In this document: piece after piece, positions 11,815 through 19,499 of the stretch
How the letters are laid out: every line of letters begins with the position of its first letter
How positions within the stretch are numbered: position 1 is the stretch's first letter
Assembly (NCBI GenBank): GCA_973895155.1
Contig: OZ316893.1
Span: 24,169,520 to 24,233,519 of the forward strand
DNA from: Marsupella aquatica
Taxonomy: Eukaryota > Plantae > Marchantiophyta
Reading direction: 5' to 3'
Length of the DNA stretch: 64,000 nt
The notes under the pieces: generated by a model
Seen by the model: the letters and a program-made list of their open reading frames with translations, nothing else
The model's database searches: none
What the model was told of the DNA's origin: nothing
Made by a program: the position numbers and the translations under genes

Positions 11815-12740
11815 TTAGCCGTTTCATCCAATTGGTCTACATCCTTAACTTCCTCCGGAATTGCAGCTAAAAAGGTGGATTCTATTGTAAAGCAGTCCTT
11901 GACCTCTTCGTCTTCTTCTTCCAAGTCACCTTCCATTGGTTCTTGCCATAATCCGCTGGGGGGTACCTCTGGTCCAAAGACACCTTCTTCGGTTAGGTTA
12001 GTGAAGCATTCTAACCAACGTACTTCATCGGCTGACTCCAGTCCACTATCGTACCCATCTACTTCCCTTATGCTTTTCCTACGGTCATCCTTAGTGTCCC
12101 AGGATACCGTGATAGAGGGGGTCCCGAAAGTGAATTGCTTTTTACCCCAATCTTCTATTACCTCGGCTAGGTACAGCCATGGCCTACCAATCAATAGCCG
12201 GAATGACGTAGGATTTACCGGCTTCATTACTACATAGTTAATGCTAAAGAAGATACCTCCTATCTCTGTCTTGATGCCGGTTAACACTCCCGTCGGAATG
12301 ACCTGATATCCATTGGCCATGTTCAACACTCTTCCAGTCATCTCCGGTGTTAGACCCCACCCTTTTGCTGTTGAATCAATCATAATACATACCCCTGATC
12401 CTCCATCGATGGGTACCCGTAGTAATAATTCTCCTTGAATCATTAATGGTAATGCTGGGGCTCCTTGATCTTCTTCTATCATTAGTACGTCGGATCTGGT
12501 TGCTACCTTGGGTAATCTCGGCTTGCCGAGAATAGCCTTCCTTAATTGCTTCCGGAAGTACGGGCTATTTTTCAATAGTTGACCTACTGTTGCCGAGACT
12601 CTAGATTCTAGTACATCTTTAGCCAGGTCATAGGGAACAATCGGCTTCTCTTCTGGTGGTGTTTCCGTCTTGGATTCGGCCAGTTTTGCCACGCTAGTCT
12701 CCACAGCTGTTGGGTCTTCCGAAGCAAACAATGCTTTTGC
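11721..12740 (-). CDS. Aspartic protease region, in frame with gag after a single TGA
   Basis: VPIDGGSG active-site motif and LLIGRPWL. Same frame as gag: GTA AAA TGA GCA AAA GCA TTG. Confidence 0.85.
   Translation of the reverse strand, partial: AKALFASEDPTAVETSVAKLAESKTETPPEEKPIVPYDLAKDVLESRVSATVGQLLKNSPYFRKQLRKAILGKPRLPKVATRSDVLMIEEDQGAPALPLMIQGELLLRVPIDGGSGVCIMIDSTAKGWGLTPEMTGRVLNMANGYQVIPTGVLTGIKTEIGGIFFSINYVVMKPVNPTSFRLLIGRPWLYLAEVIEDWGKKQFTFGTPSITVSWDTKDDRRKSIREVDGYDSGLESADEVRWLECFTNLTEEGVFGPEVPPSGLWQEPMEGDLEEEDEEVKDCFTIESTFLAAIPEEVKDVDQLDETAKWGAVAGTVDFLQALWQSRRGPQRHRSSARN
11731..11790 (-). promoter_or_regulatory. Predicted -1 ribosomal frameshift signal (slippery heptamer plus pseudoknot)
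   Basis: G GAT TTT in the protease frame (11784-11790), a 5-nt spacer, then a perfect 10-bp stem GGCGTTGTGG/CCACAACGCC. Loop GCCGA can pair with downstream TCGGC. The pol ORF is in the -1 frame and open across this site. Confidence 0.75.
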
Positions 12741-14714
12741 TCATTTTACATCCTTGGCAATGGCTTCGGTATTCTCCAGGGTTTCTAATTCTCTTAGTTG
12801 TTCCTTAACACTAGCCGTAACAGAGGGGTAGAACAACTTAGGATGATCTCGATTGAAGTTGCTATCTTGTGAAGGATTGGTTTCACTGGTGGGCTCATGG
12901 CTTACCTGTATTGCCGGAGCCCTCCCTTCTCCTTCTGTTGATGTTGACGAAGAGTCGATCCTTTCCTCCGTAACCTTCCCTTTATTTTTGGCTAGCCCAT
13001 CCCACCTTTCCTTCCTTCTGGTAGATCGAGTAGAGACCCGGTAGCAATCATGATCTAAATCCTCCTCTGAGAAGGTTGATAGGGCTTCGGCCTCATCATC
13101 AGATGGTACGAACTCTGCCTCGGCATCCTCTTGCCATCCTAGTTCGATGTGGTTGATTTGAACTCCTCCGGGGGTAGTACCTGGCGGTAAGATCTTGATC
13201 GGCAAAAGCTTATGATTTGCGGCCAGGCCTGCCAACCAAGTAGGACATTGCCCTAGCATATGACCTTCCTGTCGGCATCCCATACATAGCTGAGCTGGTT
13301 GTCCATCACCCTGTTTGCGTGCATTCGGGCATTCTCTAGCAAAATGGCCAGGTTGACCACAATTATAGCACGCCGCAAATCTTTGCACATTCGGCCTAGG
13401 AGGTACTGACGGGTTCTGAATAATCCAAGGATACATCTCTCTTGGATTGTTCCTTAACCCTGACCACAGAGATGCAGGTCTGTTGGATAGGTCTCGTGCT
13501 CCAGTCTCACTGATGCCGAAAACACTATCAGCGGCATCTCCCAAAAAGTACTCTACTTCTCCCTGACATGGTCTGATCTCGGCCACATGCCGAACATGAT
13601 TAGTATTAAGCTTAGGACAAGCATCTTTATGGTGTCCGGTTTTATAACATAAGGCACACCATACAGAGCTATCCTCCTGTACTACCTTCTTCTTTGGTTT
13701 TACCTCTGCAATGATAGCCTTAAGTTGCTCGGTAAGGGCTACGATGTTATCTGGTGGCTTAGCCTCCATCTTGACTTTCGTCTTCCCTCTCCTTCTGCCC
13801 TTCCTTTTCCTAGTTTTTTCTTCTTCAGAACTAGAAGATGACTCACTCTTGCTACTTCCACTATCCGAGCTTGACTTATCACTTCTAGACTTCTTGGAAT
13901 GTTTCTTCTTCTTATCTTTTTTCTTATGGGGTGATCTCTCCTCTGATGAGGAACTCTCAGACTTAAGCTGTTTCTTCCGGCTTGTGATATCTGCATTAAT
14001 GTATAATTGAATATCCTTAATTGCTTCGGCTAAGGTCTCCGGGTTCTCCTTCCTAATTGCAAAACTCATCTTCTGTGGCAAAGCATTCACCAACCATTGA
14101 AGTTGCATACCTTCAGATGCATTGGTCTTTGTACGTCTTACCAATTTCTGAAAGCGTTGCAAGAACTTCCTGAAGGATTTGTTCTCCTTGAACCGAAGTT
14201 GTCCCAACTTCAGCACTGCTAGTTCTGAAGTTCCAATGGGTCGAAACTCCTTAACAAAGAGTGTTTTGAAGATATCCCAGATGGCTTGATCTTCCACATC
14301 TAATGCTCTGTACCAAGGCCTAGCCTCACCCTTGAACAGGCCGGGAAGAATCTGCATCTTGATGGCCGATTCTCCATTTGCTGCAGCGGTTCCCTCGAAA
14401 TCATCCAACCATTCGTCCGGATCCTCATCTCCTCTCCCATGAAATGCCTTGTAATGTATGCGCGACCGCTGGCTCAATCTGGTTCCTGGCCTCTCGTCTG
14501 GCCGTGCCTCTGGTTCCCCCATGTCGGTTGGAGACTCACTTCTCCTTACCGACTCTTCTTCTGGTATGTCTTCTTCGACGCCACTTCCAGTTTCGGAGCT
14601 ACCAGCTCTTTCTGCCCCTCTCAGTCGCTGTGTATCATGCCACCCGGCGAGCTGCTGCAGTCGAGCTCTCTCCCGTTGAATCACTCTTTCTTCCCTCGGC
14701 GTAAGGTCAGTCAT
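12741..14714 (-). CDS. gag: Gag with three CCHC zinc knuckles
   Basis: Capsid-like DPDEWL..GEARPWY..W..FK..F..EF; knuckles CALCYKTGHHKDAC, CYNCGQPGHFAREC and CMGCRQEGHMLGQC; Ser/Lys-rich linker. Confidence 0.9.
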   Translation of the reverse strand: MTDLTPREERVIQRERARLQQLAGWHDTQRLRGAERAGSSETGSGVEEDIPEEESVRRSESPTDMGEPEARPDERPGTRLSQRSRIHYKAFHGRGDEDPDEWLDDFEGTAAANGESAIKMQILPGLFKGEARPWYRALDVEDQAIWDIFKTLFVKEFRPIGTSELAVLKLGQLRFKENKSFRKFLQRFQKLVRRTKTNASEGMQLQWLVNALPQKMSFAIRKENPETLAEAIKDIQLYINADITSRKKQLKSESSSSEERSPHKKKDKKKKHSKKSRSDKSSSDSGSSKSESSSSSEEEKTRKRKGRRRGKTKVKMEAKPPDNIVALTEQLKAIIAEVKPKKKVVQEDSSVWCALCYKTGHHKDACPKLNTNHVRHVAEIRPCQGEVEYFLGDAADSVFGISETGARDLSNRPASLWSGLRNNPREMYPWIIQNPSVPPRPNVQRFAACYNCGQPGHFARECPNARKQGDGQPAQLCMGCRQEGHMLGQCPTWLAGLAANHKLLPIKILPPGTTPGGVQINHIELGWQEDAEAEFVPSDDEAEALSTFSEEDLDHDCYRVSTRSTRRKERWDGLAKNKGKVTEERIDSSSTSTEGEGRAPAIQVSHEPTSETNPSQDSNFNRDHPKLFYPSVTASVKEQLRELETLENTEAIAKDVK

Positions 14715-14760
14715 TACCTACGCTTCCGTTCTAACTTCATATCTCACGGCTTAAGAAATG

Positions 14761-14779
14761 CCCCCTCCATCTAGCGCCA
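14761..14779 (-). promoter_or_regulatory. Primer-binding site (PBS)
   Basis: TGGCGCTAGATGGAGGGGG lies 4 nt downstream of the 5' LTR end on the minus strand. The primer RNA was not identified. Confidence 0.8.
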
Positions 14780-15704
14780 AAAATGTGGTGCGTCCCATGG
14801 CTCCCTAAACCCAAGAAACCCCCCAGCTCAAGCCGATTCCCGCAGGTTTCGTGCTTGGCGAGGCCGTTTCCGCGGCTTAGCGGCATGGGACGCTGCTAAC
14901 CTTCTACTACTACTATTAACATTTTACACACATATACTGGACAGATCCTTCATCGGGTCATGAGATATGTAGCCGGCCTAATATAGGCCTTCCCCTGTCT
15001 TCCCCTGTCTTCCCCTCCGTCTTGTTAGGTATGTTTGGATTCCGCCGCCGGAATGATCCCCAATAGGCTTGGTTAAGCCGCTAAGACCTCTCTCAGCTCG
15101 ACACATCCAACTCTCACTCCCCTGCTTACTTTCCTTCCTTCTGTTGATGTGGGCACTCTTCACACAAGTTAATGCGACACACAAATAGCAAAATGACTCA
15201 TTCTGACTGAGTCATACCATGCACTTGCCATACAAACAGTACATCTCATACACAAGTTCTGCGAACTAAGCCGTGAGGCCAACTCTATTCAGCTCTTAGG
15301 CATGAGGAAACATGAATATACACAAGGGTCATTGTATGACTAACCGAGAGCTTCTCGTACTACTTGATCCCAGCCCGGCTGGTGCAAACTAAAAACTTGC
15401 TAAAGAAGAGGCCCTGAGCTCCCCGCTGCCCAGGTACTTATCCTGGTAGTGGATCCGCCATTCTTTGCATCGTAAGCCTAATCTACTTAACAGTAATCTA
15501 CTTGCCCGAATCTACCTATGTACAGCAAGGCAGGAGCACAAGTGTTGCTCCTACCAGTGGGACCGCAATCCCACTAAGCTAAGTGTCAGGGCCGCTCCTG
15601 GTTCTAATCCTAATCCTAAACGTGGAGATCCGTGCCCGCCCTGCCCACTCACGCCTCCTCCCTCCACGTCCGCCCTCCCTAAAAGGAACGGCGCCCTTGC
15701 ACCG

Positions 15705-18700
15705 TCACGACACCGGTGGTGGATCCTCAATGGACGCCCCCAACACTTCCTCCTCAGCCACTGCCGTTGGCCCGCCTACTGACAGATTACCTGCCCTTGA
15801 CCGAGTCAACTCTCCATCGGCCTGACTGGGTCCACCTTCGGCTTCAGCCTCGACACCGGCCTCGGCAATACCCACGGCTTCGGCCTCAGCCACTCCCACG
15901 GCTTCGGCCTCAGCCACTCCCACGGCTTCGGCCTCAGCCACTCCCACGGCTTCGGCTTCAGCCACTCCCACGGCTTCGGCTTCCCCTTCCCCTAGGGTAG
16001 TTGGATCCTTAGCCGTGACCCTGTCTGGGGTCGGTGCTGGGTCTACCTCCTTGATCACCACGGCCTGTGAAGTCGTATTACTCCTTGACCCTGAAGGTTT
16101 CCGCTTCTTCTTCATTGGTGGCTCGGCAGCTGGTCCCTTCCCCTTCCCACTTACTTCCAGCACTGGTGCAGGTGGCGCGGCTTGTCCTTCGGCAATTACC
16201 ACCCCTGGTAACTGGTTTGTCCCAACAGGAGATGGACCTGCTGCAGCTAAGCATTTAAATACTGCGGCTTGTTTCTTCAGCCGCTCTGTTTGGTTGTCGG
16301 CCCGCCGCTGTAGGTTCTCCATCTTCCTCGTGATTTCCTCCAACTCCTCTTGGGTTTCATCCAGGTCCTTACGTGCCCCCTCCAGCTCGTTTTTGGCCTC
16401 CTCCTGCTCCCTGTGGGCTTCCTCCAATTCCTTCTTCAAGGTAGCCTTCTCCTCCTGGGTTGCTCTTAGCTCCTTGTCGAGCTCTGCAATGATGACAGAC
16501 TCCATCTGGTTCATCTTGGCGTAAGTCTGTTCGAGCATCTCGTCCTTCTCCCTTAGGTCGGCCTTGAAGCTGGCCGTCAGGGACGCAAGCTCCTGCTGCA
16601 GCGCCATAATCCCTTGATAGGATTTCCCTAACTCGACCTCCTTCTGCTCAAGGGCTCCGCGGATTTTCTCGAGCTCCCCTTTCAACGCCCATTCCTTTCT
16701 TTGGGTCTCCGCCATGGCCCGGCTGTTGGCTGTTATGTGGGCCTCCTCTGTATTCTTCAGCTCTTGCTTCCACTTTTCCCTTTCTTTGATCGTGTCGGCC
16801 AACTCTTCCTGCGTCTGAGTTAGTTTATCCTTGATATTCTGATTATCAGCCTGCGCGGCGTCCAACTGCCCCTGCATGATGTTCAGCTCATGTCGTTTAA
16901 TCCGCAGTTCATCTTGGGCTTTCTTGGCCGCCCTTAGATCTTCAATCTCGGCTTCCATCCTCCTAAGCCGCCGAATGACCTCGTCCTTCTTGCTTCTCTC
17001 TAAAGCCACCGCTTCTTCTAATTGGTGCTTCTCCAACTGCTCCCTATGGAAAAAGGGTCCTACCTCCAACTCCTCTCCAAAGATGCCGAGCGCAAGTTCC
17101 CCACACATCTCACCATACTCCATGGCTCTATTCTTAGCGTAGGTGGAGTAAGTAGAAGTGATCGGCATCGCCCATCGTGGCCTCTGCTCCCAAGCTGTCC
17201 TGCGGATCTCTTCAATCGTGGCTAGAGGTTTGCTTCCTTTTTCGGCTAGCCGCCTGATGTCCTCCGGCCAATCTCCTCCTGGTAAATCCTTTTCCTTAGC
17301 CAGGGCGGCCTCTTCCTCCTGCTTGATTCGCTCCTGAAATTCCTGCACCGTCTGTTTTATGCCGTCGAAGCTCGGGGGAGCAACATCTGGTGGGGGAGAC
17401 TCAGGGCTACTCTGCTGGTTGGGGTCCCCTCGCACTACCCTTGGAAGTGTGGGGACAAACCGGCCACAGGTCCTTACTCCTGGAACGTGATGGTCCGACC
17501 CATAGCCGGAATTATCATGGCTGCAGTCCTCCACTGCCTCCTCTACCTCTTGGACGTCCGGCTTCTCCCTCTCCTCTTCGTTGGTAGGAGCTTCAGGCAA
17601 TTCTGTCTCAGATTCGGAGCTTGAGGTTCCCACGTACATTCGAACACCTGGCTTGGATTCCGGCCTGATTCTCTCCTTGTCTCCAGCAAAGGGGTTTTCT
17701 CTTGTGAGCCGGTGTAGGCCTACCTCTGTAGTAGTGTCCTGCATTGTTGCCGTTGCCGTTGTTGTTGTTGCCGATGCCGATTTCTTTTCTTTCTCCAGTA
17801 GTTTCAGCAGACTCTGCATGCCTGGTTGCTGCATCGGCAAGTCTTCCTTCCTGGGCCTAAACACCTGCTCGATCGTAGGACTAACAGGTGGTTGAGGCTT
17901 CTCAGCCAACGGCCTCGGCGTTGGAGCTTCCTCGGGTGCCCTTACCTGCAGGGGAAGTACCGGGGCAAAAGTCTGACCTCTGGCATACCAGCATAACAGC
18001 GGCATGTGATAGCCAAGCCGCGACACGCTCCCCATGCCGATTACCTGCTGCTCCTCCTTTAAGATCTTCTTCAATTGGTTGAGGAGGTACCCGTTGTAGT
18101 CCCGGCTTGGGTCTGGCCTTTCTGCCAGATAGACCTGTGCCTTGCCGATCTCTGCCCTCGGCAAGTTACAATGCATGGTCACCCGCAAGAAGTCGATCAT
18201 CTCTCCTATGTGCGGGTTGGTGCAGGTGTTCCGGAAGAAGCCATTCTTCGTTGATGGCCCGGGGAACGACCGGAACTCCTTGTCAGGCAAGGTCTTCCTG
18301 GTATCAACTTTGGTCTTATTGCCCATCGGCAAGCCAAACACTTCGGCAATCACCTTGGGAGTAAGATAGAAATCCTTCCCATATATCCTCGTGCAATTGG
18401 TCTCGGGTTCCCATGACCCCACGAATTCTAATAGGTCTGACTCCGGTACCTCCGGCTTCAGCCATGGTAATCTTACAAAGGCCTCCAAGCCGGATCCGGC
18501 CATGAAGCCTTGGTACTTCTTGGTCTGCATGGCCGTAAAGCATGCATCCTCCTCCCGTGCAAAATGTAGTTGCACCTCCACCGGTAGGGTTGCCGCCCAG
18601 CCCTTCCAGGTGTCATCCCTGGTTGGAATGGCCTTGATGGGATCGACCTCCTCCTCTTCGGCTTCTCCCTGCCTCCTGCTCTGCTGCTCGGCTGGCTTCT

Positions 18701-19418
18701 TTGGTGCCGCCGACCTCGTTCTTTTTGCCGGGGTGGCTTCATCGTTGACGGCTCCCTTCCTCTTCATCTCTGCTGCCGTGGAGGTTTCTCCTAGCACCGT
18801 TGCCCGGGTCCACCTTTCCGTGCTACCCTTTAATTCCCAGTGTATGTCATTGCAGTTCTTGATGGCCTCTCGGATGCCGACGACGCTGTCTTTGCAAAAC
18901 AGAAGATCGTCGAGTTGATTGGAAGTAGGCGTCCACAGGAACTCGTCCTTGATGAGTTCGCCTCCTAAGAAAGCCGTCTTCTGCAGCTCCCACAATCGAG
19001 CGAGCTCCTGCCGTTCTCGAGCTGCCCTTTCTGACTCCTCGTCCTCGTAAGTCTTGATGTACTCAGTTGCCCGTTCGAACAGGCATCCCCAGAAATGTGC
19101 CGCTTGATTGACGTTGCTCATACCCTCCTTAGGTTGATCGTCGGTATCTACTCTCTCCCCGAGTGCTTGCCTAAGCAGCTGACAGTAGTTGGCCTCCCGT
19201 AGTCGTCTGCCTAGTTCGTGCTCGCAAATGAGCCACCATCTCCTGCAAGCGCTCCTTACCCCTCTCCTCTGCCGGTCCTTCTTCCCGTTGATCCTTCCTA
19301 GCCGCCGACGCTTAACGCGCCCTAACCCTAATCGGGTTTTCACCCTCAGCCTTACCTCCGGCCTCTGCCCGGGTTCCATGGTTGCCCCTAATTGTTTATA
19401 TTTTCCTTGTTTTGTCAC
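15705..19418 (-). CDS. Intact LTR-embedded gene: PMD/Athila-extra-ORF-like domain, acidic/Pro linker, long coiled coil, basic NLS-like patch and AEAEAVGV repeats; likely ATG at 19121 (1138 aa)
   Basis: 1237 uninterrupted codons lie wholly inside the LTR. Domain motif LLEFVGSWEPETNCTRIYGKDFYLTPKVIAEVFGLP; E/K/Q-rich heptads; KKKRK; TATAAA at 19395-19400 upstream. Confidence 0.85.
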   Translation of the reverse strand: MTKQGKYKQLGATMEPGQRPEVRLRVKTRLGLGRVKRRRLGRINGKKDRQRRGVRSACRRWWLICEHELGRRLREANYCQLLRQALGERVDTDDQPKEGMSNVNQAAHFWGCLFERATEYIKTYEDEESERAARERQELARLWELQKTAFLGGELIKDEFLWTPTSNQLDDLLFCKDSVVGIREAIKNCNDIHWELKGSTERWTRATVLGETSTAAEMKRKGAVNDEATPAKRTRSAAPKKPAEQQSRRQGEAEEEEVDPIKAIPTRDDTWKGWAATLPVEVQLHFAREEDACFTAMQTKKYQGFMAGSGLEAFVRLPWLKPEVPESDLLEFVGSWEPETNCTRIYGKDFYLTPKVIAEVFGLPMGNKTKVDTRKTLPDKEFRSFPGPSTKNGFFRNTCTNPHIGEMIDFLRVTMHCNLPRAEIGKAQVYLAERPDPSRDYNGYLLNQLKKILKEEQQVIGMGSVSRLGYHMPLLCWYARGQTFAPVLPLQVRAPEEAPTPRPLAEKPQPPVSPTIEQVFRPRKEDLPMQQPGMQSLLKLLEKEKKSASATTTTATATMQDTTTEVGLHRLTRENPFAGDKERIRPESKPGVRMYVGTSSSESETELPEAPTNEEEREKPDVQEVEEAVEDCSHDNSGYGSDHHVPGVRTCGRFVPTLPRVVRGDPNQQSSPESPPPDVAPPSFDGIKQTVQEFQERIKQEEEAALAKEKDLPGGDWPEDIRRLAEKGSKPLATIEEIRRTAWEQRPRWAMPITSTYSTYAKNRAMEYGEMCGELALGIFGEELEVGPFFHREQLEKHQLEEAVALERSKKDEVIRRLRRMEAEIEDLRAAKKAQDELRIKRHELNIMQGQLDAAQADNQNIKDKLTQTQEELADTIKEREKWKQELKNTEEAHITANSRAMAETQRKEWALKGELEKIRGALEQKEVELGKSYQGIMALQQELASLTASFKADLREKDEMLEQTYAKMNQMESVIIAELDKELRATQEEKATLKKELEEAHREQEEAKNELEGARKDLDETQEELEEITRKMENLQRRADNQTERLKKQAAVFKCLAAAGPSPVGTNQLPGVVIAEGQAAPPAPVLEVSGKGKGPAAEPPMKKKRKPSGSRSNTTSQAVVIKEVDPAPTPDRVTAKDPTTLGEGEAEAVGVAEAEAVGVAEAEAVGVAEAEAVGVAEAEAVGIAEAGVEAEAEGGPSQADGELTRSRAGNLSVGGPTAVAEEEVLGASIEDPPPVS
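15838..15982. repeat. 24-bp coding tandem repeat (GGCTTCGGCCTCAGCCACTCCCAC); the copy at ~4927-5048 has one unit fewer
   Basis: Read directly; encodes AEAEAVGV on the minus strand. Confidence 0.9.
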
Positions 19419-19499
19419 TATACTAAGGTGTTCCTAGGGTGCCTTCCTGCTTTACCCACTTAACCGGCCGAGTGATTCCTGTCTAGGCATCACAAGGAC

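Larger units (their letters stand above)
3873..19494 (-). mobile_element. Full-length Ty3/Gypsy LTR retrotransposon (non-chromovirus, Athila-like), 15622 bp, with giant gene-containing LTRs
   Basis: TGT...ACA ends, 5-bp TSD AGGAC (3868-3872 and 19495-19499), two near-identical LTRs, PBS and PPT. Domain order is gag-PR-RT-RH-INT, with Athila-like motifs IDDRFPDEEL and PGKLYTRWLGPF. Confidence 0.97.
14784..19494 (-). repeat. 5' LTR, 4711 bp
   Basis: Direct repeat of 3873-8559. It is 24 bp longer, matching exactly one extra AEAEAVGV repeat unit. Confidence 0.97.

Noticed and set aside
15705-19418. LTR ORF as an envelope glycoprotein or a host SMC/myosin gene
   Set aside because: No signal peptide or transmembrane stretch and no Walker motifs; the coiled-coil resemblance is compositional.
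4554-19437. Many short + strand ORFs inside the Gypsy element
   Set aside because: They are antisense shadows of the long minus-strand ORFs and show no motifs.
3873-19494. The 4.7-kb duplication as an assembly error or segmental duplication
   Set aside because: The copies have TG..CA ends, adjacent PBS and PPT, a shared 5-bp TSD and scattered substitutions, so they are true LTRs.
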